DNA of 64,000 nt, taken from positions 468,506-532,505 of the forward strand of contig ML992508.1 of the NCBI GenBank assembly GCA_010093995.1, in the 5' to 3' direction. The translations under genes and the position numbers were made by a program. The notes under the pieces are model-generated. The model did no database searches and was not told the DNA's origin. It saw only the letters and a program-made list of their open reading frames with translations. Below, piece after piece: positions 1-11,502 of the stretch (within the stretch, counting starts at the first letter, position 1; each line of letters begins with the position of its first letter). This stretch comes from Elsinoe ampelina. Taxonomy: Eukaryota.

Positions 1-536
1 GCGTTTCCAAAAGACTCGAGCAGAGGGTTGGTGGCCAGCACCATGTCCTTTGTCTCTTGAATGGAGCTATCGCTGCCTCCCGACACGTTCGCGATATACT
101 GCATGATCCGCTTGGCTGCCTCGGTCTTTCCAGCTCCTGACTCTCCCGAAATGATGATACATTGATTCTCCTTGTACGCATTCATGTTGTAGTATGACGA
201 CTCGGCGATCGCGAATACGTGCGGCGCGACCTCCAATCTGTTCTTTCCCTTGTAGCTCTCCAGTACCTGATCGGTGTAGATACCCAGATCCCGGAAGGGA
301 TTGACTGACACCAGCACATGGCCGATGTATGTGTAGATCTCGCCATTCTCAAATCGCTTCTTCAGATTCTCGTTGATGGCTTCGTTTGAGATCTTGCTGA
401 TCAATGTGAGATCCGACACTCCGACTTCCTTCTTCTTGGTCGTCTCGAAGACAGCTTTCCGTACTGCTGGCTTGCTCCCTGATGGCTGAGAGGCCGAGGC
501 ATCCTTCTTGCGCCCTGCGCGCTTCGTGACACCCAT
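1..536 (-). CDS. myo1: Class I myosin, 5' part (runs off the left edge)
   Basis: Not in the ORF track. Manual minus-strand translation from ATG 536 gives [11 protein letters not shown]...[25 protein letters not shown]...[18 protein letters not shown]...[25 protein letters not shown]...[10 protein letters not shown], i.e. a myosin motor P-loop with the fungal myosin-I N-terminus. Confidence 0.95.
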   Translation of the reverse strand, partial: MGVTKRAGRKKDASASQPSGSKPAVRKAVFETTKKKEVGVSDLTLISKISNEAINENLKKRFENGEIYTYIGHVLVSVNPFRDLGIYTDQVLESYKGKNRLEVAPHVFAIAESSYYNMNAYKENQCIIISGESGAGKTEAAKRIMQYIANVSGGSDSSIQETKDMVLATNPLLESFGN

Positions 537-1029
537 AGTGCTGGGTTGGTACGGTAGGTAGTTGGGTGCGCTGCCTGGCTGTTGGAGATTGTGGGGATAG
601 AGGGAGATGAGGTGTTTCGGACGTCGGGATAGGTTGTAGGGCTGTGTGACGTCGCCTGTGACCTGGCAATTGTATGTGAAGTCGAGAGAGGTGTAGCAAA
701 GGTCAGCGACGGGGATTGGGAGAAAATGATGAGAGACTTGGTGGGATTGATTGAATGGCTACCCACCAACGTCACCCGCAGAGTGCTACACTACAGTACA
801 CGCCCACGCTCACGCTCACGCATTTGCGCCTTTGCCCGCGCCGCCCTGCCACACCGGTTATGTCCGAAAAATGCCGGCAGAATCGAGTGTGGCTGAACGC
901 GCAAGCCTCCGTCATCAATCTCAGGCATCACAATTCTGACTACTTGGCATACAACAAGACATGGTTCAACGACACTCATTTTTGATGCTATGACTATCCC
1001 CTCGCTATGCAATACACATGACCAGAACA

Positions 1030-3751
1030 TCAATCGCCTCCGAAACGCCCAACCGTGACCCAGTCCATCTTCTTCGCATGGTCTGATACCCATGGTCCAT
1101 CCCATTGCAACTTTTCGCTACCACACCCTAAGCCGCCACCGTTCGTCCAACCCACGACTACTTTCAAGAGGAATTCGAGCTTTTCGTGCAAAAGATTCTC
1201 CCGTACGAGATCTGCCACTCGATCTCCAGGAGCTTGCGATCTCGCCGCCTTTACGAATGCATCGGTCGTGTCGAAAAGAATATCCCTCTCCCTGAGCATG
1301 TGTGATGGGAGCTCGTTATGCTCTTTGACATATCGCACCCCCTCTGCAGCAACCAGAGTGGCCGAGATGTATTGTGCGTCGGCGCTGATGACCATCTTGG
1401 TGTGATCGGGAAAGTGGATCTGTATACAACCGTCGTTGAATACCCATATCCCGACATGACCGAGTCTTTGGTAGAAGCGTACGATATTTGGCGTACCACC
1501 GGATTGCAGTTCGGCCTCTTCTCCGCGCTCGTTGAGCGATTGGCTCATGTATCGTCCGAATTTGACCCAGAGTCCTCGCAAGGTCTTGATTCTGTCGGTC
1601 GATTCCTGGGACATTCCGAGCGTTCTGACCTGGGCGACACCGCTTTCCGTATCTCGGTACAGTCTGATTGGGACTTTCTCAAGATTCTCGAATCGTTTCC
1701 CGACTCTCCTCAACCAAGCCTCTCCATTTCGAGCAAAAACATGTGTCACAGGCCAGGCCTCCCCACCAGCGACGGTCGACACAGCGATGAAGCCAACTGT
1801 ACCGTCCTGCAAAACATAGCCAACACCATGCTTCCGGCTATAGTCTACCCAGCGTGATATGAAGGGCAAGGCAGGAGGATCAGCTTTCCGCTTTCTGGAT
1901 GGTACAGCCTTGCCTGCAAGTGCAGACATGAGACTGTCGCGGAAAGTCGTCAAGCGCTTCAGGACAGCATCAGGTTCGGACCCTGGCAAGATTGATGTAG
2001 GGGCGTCCAAGATCTGCTTCGGTTCAGTGTTCCGCTGCGATGGGACCGTTTTGACGCTACTGGTGATGGATGGATGTGTGATCGTGGAAGTTGCTCGAAT
2101 CGTCATGGTGTTAGTGGCTGAGACGCTACTGATTGGTATGCTTGGTGGTGCCATAACGGTGGATTTGACGCCTCTACTCAACGTAGCTGTGGTGGGTACG
2201 CTGGATGCTGCATTGCTCGGTGCTTGCTTAGTCGAGCTCGCAGAGCTATTTGCCGAGGTGGTACCACTGCCGGTAGCTGAGGAAGGAGGAGTTGAGATCT
2301 TGCTAATGGTCGATGGAACGATTGAAGCCTTGACCCTCTTTGCCGTACCACTGATTATCCGGCCAGCTGCAGCTTCGTCCTCGAAGATCTCAATGGGCGC
2401 TGGTTCTGCGACCTGTGCCCGTGTACTTCTGGTTGATCGATACCTCCTAGGTGGTCCAAGAGTCGGCTCTTCCCTGGTCTTCGGAATGGACAAAGTCTTC
2501 TTCTTCGGTGATGGTATCCGCTCTTCATTATGCGAGATTTCTTGCAGTTGCGGACCTTCTGGCATTCCGGTATAGATAACATCTGATGGTATTGGAACCA
2601 CCGGTTGTCGGCCTGCTGCGAGTTCTCGTTCAATATCCTTGACAATACTCCGTATGCGCTGGCCGTCGTTGAGCTGGAAACATTTTCCTGGCGCATACTC
2701 CCCAACGCCTGATTGCTTGCACACGTTGTACCAACTCTCACTGTACCCGCGCTGTATCACATCTGGTCCTGGAAGTTGGACTGGCCAATTTGGAGTCTTT
2801 GTCATCTGTACCGAGCTCATCTTTTGAGGAACGAAAGCCATGCGGAAGAAAGAATGTGAGACGATCTTGTCCGGACAAGGCCTCAATTCCTCCGGAACCA
2901 GGAGCTTCGAGACCAGGTCTCTGAGGTCAGCTGAAATGTCGTTTGTGATTGACGAAAGTTCTGGCCATGAGTATTCTCCTGCTTTGAGCTTCTTGTAGAT
3001 TTCTTCTTTCGATGCAGCGTGGAACGGAGCCTTACCAACTGCGAGCGTGTACGAAATGATGCCGATTGCCCAGAGATCGACCTTTTCATTGTGACCCTTT
3101 CCTTTCTCCAGGATCTCGGGAGCCAGGTAATTTGGTGTGCCGCACATTGTGGTTCTTCTCTTTGCGTCCATATCTTTGCCACTAACAAGAAGAGCAGCAA
3201 GACCAAAATCTCCAACCTTGACGTTCATGTGCTCGTCGAGAAAGAGGTTGCCGGTCTTGAGGTCTCGATGGACGATGCTGCGGGTGTGGAGGTACTTCAC
3301 AGCGCCACATACCTGAATCATAAGGCGTCTGATCTCTGGCATTGTGACGCATTTCCGCCTCTTCAGTAAATCGGCCAGAGAACCGCTCGAGCAGAGTTCC
3401 AAGACGACGTAGGTGTTGTCTGTAAAAGAAAAGGCTCTATGAAAGCCGACGATGTTCGGGTGAGATAGTTTCGAGTGGATCTGCAACTCTGTAATGAACT
3501 GATGGAGAAGTCAGTCTACATCTCGCTGTCAAGATGCGCATATCAAATACCTTTTGAGCCAGCTTTGCAGGCTCCATTCTCGAGCGTACAATCTTCAGTG
3601 CCACCAGATGGCCGGTTGGCCTGTGACCTTCGAGCTTCTCTGCCTTGAAACATATCGCAAAGCCACCCTTTCCAAGTTGGTTGGCTGTTGCATAGCTGGC
3701 TCCATGAGGCTCGTGGACGATTGAGGGAGGCGGGTCAGCGTGAATGGACAT
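1030..3751 (-). CDS. cdc5: Polo-like Ser/Thr kinase (Cdc5/PlkA)
   Basis: Kinase motifs LGKGGFAICF, HRDLKTGN, GDFGLAA, TMCGTPNYLAPE; polo-box motif RWVDYSRKHGVGYVLQDG and FPDHTKMVIS. Intron 3499-3550 (GTATTT..CTGAC..CAG) joins ORFs 3437..3751 and 1030..3486. Confidence 0.93.
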
Positions 3752-4419
3752 AATGGCGCTGTCCTGTCAAACTAGTCGAGTATAGTCTATGATATTGAGT
3801 CCTAGGTGGTACGAATTGAGCTGCTCCAATATGTGCTAGTTGCCGGTCTTCGATTGCATGATCCTGGGACCGAGACTACCAGGTTCCTGTTTGCAGGGGT
3901 CGGATGGCTCTTGGTATTGATCTGGTGCGAGGATGTATATACAATGTCCAGAGAGTGAGGTGACGCTATCTAGGTATCCGTTGGATCAAGTGATCCAGTT
4001 GGCCGTCGTCGAGCTCGTTTGACTGAGACTACAGGTGAGCAGTGGTACGGAATTTGAGTTCCGCTTGTTTGGAAAGGCAAGCGCATCTGCCACGGCAACC
4101 AGATCGGTGTTTGCTTTGCCGATTGCCGATGCGGCTCTTCAATTGGGGATGACTACCACCAATCTCACCCAACTTAACATTACAATTGCTCAATTCCATG
4201 CATACGACGGCCATTGTACATACAGAAGGCTCTGAGACAATCCATGCACCACGAATATCCTTAAATTCTGCACCACAGTCAGAGATCGCCCTCCCAGCTC
4301 ACTCTTACATCCATGGTCGAATCAGTGCTCTCGTAAAGAGCACTTTCGTAGAAGAACAAAGATGGAAGACACATATCTATAGCAGCAACCTCGAACTCGA
4401 CATTTCACATTCCTGAGTC

Positions 4420-5154
4420 ATGTCTCTCACACTCAAGCTCGCGTCTTTGGCCATCCGGACGCTCGCCAAACCCGTCGCCGTAAGATCTTCCAAAATGGCC
4501 CAAGCAAACTTGCGCCTGACCGAGTGCTAGAACAGAATCAAGTACAGTGCTCGAGAGCATGAAGGTTTCCGCAAGACCTTCATACGATTTGCGCAAGGAC
4601 TACACAAGGTTGACATGCGAATGCGACTCGGCATACTACATGACTCTGCCGCACAGGAACGGATGCATGCGAGGGAAGCAGCCGATCAAGCTAAGAAGAA
4701 GGCTGAAGCCGAGATACCAAAAGTACGAACAGAAGCAGAGCAGAAGAAGTTCGACGAAGAGCAACAGGCCAAGGCTGAGGGAAAGGACCCAGGGCAGGAG
4801 CAGAAGGAGGAAAAGAAACCCAAGCCCAAGATCCGACCTCTGAGCGAGTCACGCGCAATCGAATTGGGTGCGAACTTCGTGAGCGAAGCTTTCATTTTCG
4901 GAGTCGCGGTTGGTGTGATTTTCTTTGAGAGGTGGTGGAGCAGGCAGAAGGACGCTGCGAAAGACGAGCACGTCGTAGAACGAATCGCAGCTCTGGAGGA
5001 GCAAGCAGAGAAGGTGGGTAAGCTCGAGCGAGAGATACTGAGATTGAGAGGTCAAAATGTGGAAGAGCCACCGCCAAAGACCAAGGAGACGCTACAGGAG
5101 AAGCCTGTGTCGTCTGACAAAGAGAAGCAGCAGCAGGTGGTGGCAGCTTCTTGA
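4420..5154 (+). CDS. OPA3-like protein
   Basis: MSLTLKLASLAIRTLAKPVA, intron about 4480-4529, then NRIK...MRMRLG...KIRPLSESRAIELGANFVSEAFIF (OPA3 family signature) followed by a coiled coil. Confidence 0.9.
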
Positions 5155-5441
5155 GCGTGTGCGCAGAGCACAGAAGCGTGTACAATATCTGCCGAGACCG
5201 AGGTCTCCATCGCTGTTCGCAACTTTGTCTGTACATATACGACCCCACTCTAGATCTTAACGAATGAAAGCATAGCTTCAACGAGAGCACTACATGTGCT
5301 GACAACCTGGCATAAGACTGTCAACTTCTTGCACCGCTAGTACTGACCGACGATTGCTTTGCCTACTTGTGCCTGTACACCCCGTTTCTTGCCTCATTGT
5401 CGCCCCAAGTACAGCAGCTACACAACAGAACCTCAAACGAT

Positions 5442-6230
5442 ATGTTCTGCACAAGTCTTCGGCAGCGTCAAGCAGTCTTATCAACGATCCCACAGCTCCA
5501 AGAGCTCGGATTGAGAGGTGAGAATCCACGCATTCACTACCGGTTGCATGAAAGCTGACGCAGGAAAGAGTCACAATTGAAGACACATGACTTTCTAATA
5601 CCGATCAAGTCACAGCAGCCTTCAAATAGCGGCAAAACGACCAGAACTATCCGATTCCTCCTCCTCTCTTCCTCGGACATGAGCGATGCTCAATCAGCCC
5701 AATTGAGAGATCGATTGCAACACTTTGTAGCCATCACTGGTGGTCAGGATCTTGGCATCTGCCTTCTGCTGGCCTCCGAGACCGATGATGGTCATATCAA
5801 CCAAACGTCGACTACGGCTGCTGGTGTACAGGCATACACCAAGCTGCAATGTATACTCGCCGCCGACTCGGAGCTACCAACCCTACCTGTGCTACTGTGC
5901 ATCAACGCTGGTGATATCGGAGCCACTGTCAAAGCTCATATAGAGAGTCTCGTACCCTACCGGCCAGATCCGCCTCTGCAGCATCCTGGACACCTATTGG
6001 CTGGCTGTACCATCGGTCCGCCCATGAGTACAAATGAGCTCAATTCAGTTGCAAGTCTCTTTGGGGGCATGGGTGATATGTCAAGCGCCTGTGTTATTTC
6101 CGCGGAGCAGTCGAGTGGTCTGATGGATCCGACGGCCGAGGATAGGACATCGATCATGAGACTCGAAGCGTTGAGACGCCAGATTGGTGGCGAGAGAGTC
6201 AGCGGTATACTCGAGTTCTGGACGTCATAG
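5442..6230 (+). CDS. Uncharacterised protein, possible ERCC4/XPF-like fold
   Basis: ATG 5442; intron 5518-5568 (GTGAGA..CTGAC..AAG) joins in frame to ORF 5577..6230; globular alpha/beta-looking sequence. The fold is an inference. Confidence 0.6.
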
Positions 6231-6487
6231 TTGAGATTGGTCATATGGGTATTCTAGACGGACAATGTTGTCCTCCAAGACACCCGACAAGCGTTCGATG
6301 TCATTGCTTTGCAGCAACGATGCAGATACAGGTGCGCAACACCGAGTAATGACTAAAGATAGCTTGTATGACTTTCATGGGATCTAACATGACACATCTG
6401 GCTCGCACCTGTGAAAAAAATGGGGTGAAAGAGGTCTGCCGTGAGCGAACAAAGAGGGGTCGCTGCCCCTCTCCATCCACCCCACAA

Positions 6488-6495
6488 TGACGTCA
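6488..6495. promoter_or_regulatory. Perfect CRE/ATF palindrome TGACGTCA upstream of the amidase
   Basis: Palindrome about 300 bp upstream of the amidase ATG; CACGTG, CCAAT and CTTATC (GATA) motifs lie nearby. Function untested. Confidence 0.3.
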
Positions 6496-6786
6496 TGGTC
6501 AGGAACAATCTCCACCACGTGGAATGTCACGATATTTGATACGCTTGACACCTCTTAAGCATTCTGCATTATGGAAGTCTGGCAGGTCAGGACAAGCCCA
6601 TCACAACTCAGTGGAGGCATTGTCATATAGACGAATCATTCCAATTTCCAAAACGAATTGAAAGTCAACGCCAGTGACCGACGACTCCTCACAACCATTC
6701 CAAGATCCTTATCAGTTCAGACGACAGCCAAGATGAACCATTGCCCGCCTATGACGGTGATCAATTGGTAGGTCGATATAAAACTA

Positions 6787-8514
6787 ATGGGTATCTACTC
6801 TGTTCTATTGCCATTGCTGGTCCTTCTGGTGGCTTTCCTGGTCAATATGCGTTTCCCCCACCTCGTAGCAACCAGTGTTGGACTATTCGCTAGGCAAGCA
6901 GTCTCTCAGAATTATACTGCATCCACATTCGACGCCAGAGAGGCTACAATATCGTCGGTACATCATGCTCTCCTTTCCGGACAGACGAGTTGCGTCGGAG
7001 TCGTGATTGCGTTTCTGGCACGCATACCAGTCCTCAACCCACAGATCAACGCCATCATTGCTTTAGACCCCACTTCACTCTCTGTGGCTGAAGACCTGGA
7101 CACTCGGCTGGGAAATCAAAACTACACCTTACCACCGTTGTTTTGTATCCCAATCTTGCTCAAAGACAACTTTGATACAGCCAACCTTCCCACTACCGGC
7201 GGATCGCTCAGACTAGCAGACTCGAGACCGTCAGCGGACGCTCCAGTAGTCAAGGCGTTCAAGGATGCAGGAGCCATCATTCTAGGCAAGACAAACCTTC
7301 ACGAGCTTGCTCTCGAAGGTATCTCCGCCAGCAGTCTAGGTGGCCAGACCATCAATCCATACGACCCCACTCGTACTCCTGGCGGTAGTTCTGGCGGCAC
7401 AGGAGCAGCGATTGCAGCAAGCCTCGCAGTCTTTGGCACCGGCTCGGACACCGTTAACAGCCTCCGCAGCCCAGCAAGCGCCAACAGTCTTGTCTCCATC
7501 AGACCGTCCCGTGGACTCGTCACCCGCGCAGGCGTCATGCCAAACAGCTACACCCAAGACACCATCGGCCCCATCGGCCGCACCATCGAAGACATCGCCA
7601 CGGCCCTCACCGTCATGAAGAACGTCGGCTACGACCCCCTCGACAACGCCACCGCCCTCGCACCTCCCTCAATCCGCGACATCGACTACACCTCCAACCT
7701 CAAAACCAGCACCCTCCAGAACAAACGCATCGGCATCCTCTCGGGCTTCTACAACCTCACCTCCTCCCCCGCCACCGACCCCGTCAACACCGCCATGTCC
7801 CGCGTCCACACCTCCCTCCTCTCCGCCGGCGCCTCCCTCATCCCCATCCCCTCAAGCACCTACAACACCACCGCCCTCCTCACCTCAGTCGACGTGCAAC
7901 AGTTCGAGTTCCGCGAAGCAATGGACGCCTACCTCTCGTCCCCCTCGCTCCTCGGCAGCCACCCCTCCTCGCTCACAGACTTCTACTCCCCCCAGCGGGC
8001 AAACGCGAACGACTACCTCGTCCTACCCAGCCAGTACGCCTACGTCCGCACCGCGCTGCGCTCGTCGACGGGGAACGCGACGTACGCGGCCGCGCTGCGG
8101 CGCATCGCAAATCTCACGCTGGCGCTGCATCAGACTTTCGCCGAGTTGGAGCTGGACGCGATTGTGTACCCTGAGCAACGCAACCTTGTCGTGCCGCTTG
8201 GGGCGGCGAGTCAGGCGGGGCGAAACGGGATCCTGGCGGCTGTGACGGGCTTTCCGGTGGTGGCGATGCCGGCGGGGTTTGGTGAGGTTACGGAGACGGC
8301 GCCGGTGGGTGTGCCGGTGGGATTTGAGATGTTGGGGAGGTTGTGGGGGGAGGAGGAGTTGTTGCGGTTGGCGTGGTGTGTGGAGAGGAGGATGAGGGTT
8401 AGGAGGGCGCCGAGGGGGGCGGAGGTGAGGGTGGGGTTCGAGGGGTTGAGGGGGGTGCCTGAGGTGAGGAGGGGGGAGGGGAGGGCGGAGTACCCTTTGG
8501 GGACGCTGGGGTGA
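6787..8514 (+). CDS. Amidase-signature family enzyme, probably secreted
   Basis: PILLKDNFDT (catalytic Lys), GKTNLHEL, PGGSSGGTG, GSDTVNSLRSPAS; hydrophobic N-terminus; intronless. Confidence 0.93.
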   Translation: MGIYSVLLPLLVLLVAFLVNMRFPHLVATSVGLFARQAVSQNYTASTFDAREATISSVHHALLSGQTSCVGVVIAFLARIPVLNPQINAIIALDPTSLSVAEDLDTRLGNQNYTLPPLFCIPILLKDNFDTANLPTTGGSLRLADSRPSADAPVVKAFKDAGAIILGKTNLHELALEGISASSLGGQTINPYDPTRTPGGSSGGTGAAIAASLAVFGTGSDTVNSLRSPASANSLVSIRPSRGLVTRAGVMPNSYTQDTIGPIGRTIEDIATALTVMKNVGYDPLDNATALAPPSIRDIDYTSNLKTSTLQNKRIGILSGFYNLTSSPATDPVNTAMSRVHTSLLSAGASLIPIPSSTYNTTALLTSVDVQQFEFREAMDAYLSSPSLLGSHPSSLTDFYSPQRANANDYLVLPSQYAYVRTALRSSTGNATYAAALRRIANLTLALHQTFAELELDAIVYPEQRNLVVPLGAASQAGRNGILAAVTGFPVVAMPAGFGEVTETAPVGVPVGFEMLGRLWGEEELLRLAWCVERRMRVRRAPRGAEVRVGFEGLRGVPEVRRGEGRAEYPLGTLG

Positions 8515-11502
8515 GGAGGGGGAGGGGCAAGTACGAGAGGATGGAGAATAGACCTTGTAGTGTCATACCTTGTGAATAGGTCGGGCACTTGATACTTCAC
8601 TTCTTCGCGTGTCAGAGTGCTATGAACTCAGCGGAATTGTCTACCTTCTAATGAGCCTCAGCACAAGGTTGTCTGGATGTTCGAGGTCCGGATTGCCTTC
8701 AAAATGATGGGCTTTGAAGTAACCTGACGCGATGCCTCATTCCTTCAGCCTCACTCCAAGTGTCAAAGTAGGCCTGCAGGTCGACCTGGTAGGTGGAGTG
8801 TGTGTCGTGGCATTGGCTCTTCTGCTCGACAGAACCATACATGTGAACCAGGCTGCCTCCTGTGTAAGCGGCATGTGATCTCGTGAAGCGGTCTTGACTC
8901 CTTGAAAGGAGTGCATATCGTGCTCCCAACAGATTGTGTAGAGTAATGATAAGCTCGATCTTCATGACGGCAAGCACCTCAAATATAGCACTCATGATCC
9001 GGTACGGAATATGCAGGCATGTCGACAAGTATAATCCAGAGCAAAAAGAAGCAAAAGTGACCCACATCGCTTACAACTGCTGTGCATATCTTACGGAGCT
9101 CTGTGCGACAGTTGACATGCAGCATCCCTGTTCGCTTGAGCACAGAACAGGGATGACGAGTGGAGCTTCTTTGATCCCATTGTCACGGATTCCGGCACTT
9201 GCTGCTCGTGATCGAAAGGAGCCGGCGTGTTCGTGTAACGACTGGCAACAAGGGAGTGGTGCTGGGGAGCATGACGGTGTTTTGATGCGGCTGAGCGGGT
9301 TTGCTCTGAACCTTGTTCTGTGTATACCGCTCAGGGCAAATAGAACGACGAATCGGGACGAGGACCGCGATTTTGCCTTTGGCATCCAGAGCGGAGACGC
9401 TACTGTCTGCGGTAGGATCACGAGATGTGGATATCGAAAACCTGACAGGCAAGATCCAACGACATTCTCCCTGTCGAAAGGAATGGGGCCGCCGGTTCGT
9501 GAAGGAGCGAAGGAAGACGCTTGCCAGGTCACACAACACTCGGCGGGATGCAAGCTGCATGCTGCAGGACACAGGGCGCCTTCAGGGCTTTCTAAGCTGG
9601 TTATGCACGAGAGTGGAGAACATCGAAGTCTATGCAGAGGCACGGTCTGGACGGAGAGGTGCTTTTATCTGGTAGTCAGTGACCCACCACCAATGAATTT
9701 GGTGAAGCAAGCCACGAATCTCGGAGGGGTTGTGCCGAATTGGCAATGGGTAAATAGCCTCCCAGATGACCATAAAGACGAGTCAGAAATAATGACCGTC
9801 AGGCTGATGAGCGACGCTGGGTAGATCCTCATCTGTGGTGTCGTGGTAACAGACGCCGCCCTGATAGAGACAACAGAGGGGAAGCGAGGGGAGGCACAAA
9901 AGTGTGGCTTGTGAGACTCGTGCACCGCCAGGGATCGACGGCGTATCCGCCCTGGGGAAATTTTTCGCGCAAGCTGATCTTCAACGCAAGATGATGGGGT
10001 GTTTCAGGTCGACTCTCTTGCAGCAATTCGGGTGGGATGCCAGGCTGCCAGCACAGTCGACTGGACAAAGAAAGAGAGTCTGACCGATGAACCAACATGC
10101 CAGGGCAGCAACGTCTTCCTTCAGCGTGACCTTTGGCCGCATATTATTGCCCGCACCAGTGTCGCCAGGCGGCCAAGAGTGGTACCTCTAATTAGGTACC
10201 TGGCCCTGGATGCATCTCAATTGTACTACTCCGGCCGGCTGGCAAAGGATGCTGCAGGTCATGGATCCCTGCACGCAGATTGCCCAGTCTCATAGTGCTT
10301 CGAGAACGTATCAAAACACAGTAGTCGGGTCGAGTGTAGTGACCATGTCGTCAAGCAGAGTTGAGCCATGTTGCAGACGATCCGGATCTGGGAGCATCGA
10401 GAGTGAGTCTTGTGGTCCGTCTCAACGCCATTCCGGCGCCACGTCTGCTGCTCTGCATACGATCGTCCCGCTTTTTCGCAGTCTCGTTGTCGGTGAGAGG
10501 CACTCGAGGCGCTCGGTATGGCGGTGCGGTGGGAAAACAAAGCCTCGACCTGGGATGCTCGCTGTCGACTGATGAAGAGACGCGGTCACGTACAGGACAG
10601 CTGACAGACCACTCTACGCGTGGTGATAGAAATTGGCAGTGAGCAGATTCCATGGTAGAATTGCATGGTCATCAAACGACTCGAGGGTTTTTTTTTCTGC
10701 TTCAACAGTCGCTCACTGAACGCGTGGAGACGACCTTTGGACCGGTTCGGGGCGCGGTTTGATGATCAGCTGGCTGCAGGCCAGAGGAGACCAGAGAGCT
10801 CTCCGCCCTGCCCATTTTTGATTAACCTCTTCTGCTGTGGCTCGAAAAATGCGTGATCCGTGCGAATTGCGTCCTCCGCTAGTGCTTCTTGTGTCGTAGC
10901 GTGCCGTTCGAGCGTGCAGATGCAGATGAGGATCCAATCTTCGCTCTTCACCTGAACAACTCTTTCCTGTCGCCGTCTTCCAATCCTACACCACTTCATC
11001 CTTCGACATCTTCATCTTTGGTGGCATTCGTCGAGCAGTCTAGTCCTGCTCGCTTTGCTGCCGTCCGCTCTTTACAGCTCACGACCTCTGTTTGACGATT
11101 CGACGCGAGACCTGCAATTTCCGTGATATCCGACTGGCCTCCGAGAGTGTCCTGGGCATACCCACGGGTCAGTACCACCACCTTTAACACCTATTCCCCC
11201 ATAGACTGACTGTTCCCTTGTAGTTTACCGCACTGTATATTCGTTCGCATTTCAGCGTTATCTTTCTGGATTCTCACGGCCATCTATACCTTAATAATTC
11301 ACCCCTCCTCGCCGATCAAACGATACCCCAAACATTGCCATATCTTGGACGACAGGACATTGGACGATCCCAGGCATCCGAGATCGCCACGGTACAAGAG
11401 CTGGTTTGCATGTGAAGCTGTCTGAAATGGTTCATCCGACTCTCTGACTCCACTGTGGACCTTCGACACCTCCGACTTCACATTGCACAACATCGATCCA
11501 AG

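Noticed and set aside
8934..9824. 296-aa ORF and overlapping antisense ORFs in the long intergenic region
   Set aside because: Non-ATG start, Cys/Arg-rich random-looking composition, no motif or codon bias; likely non-coding, though not excluded.
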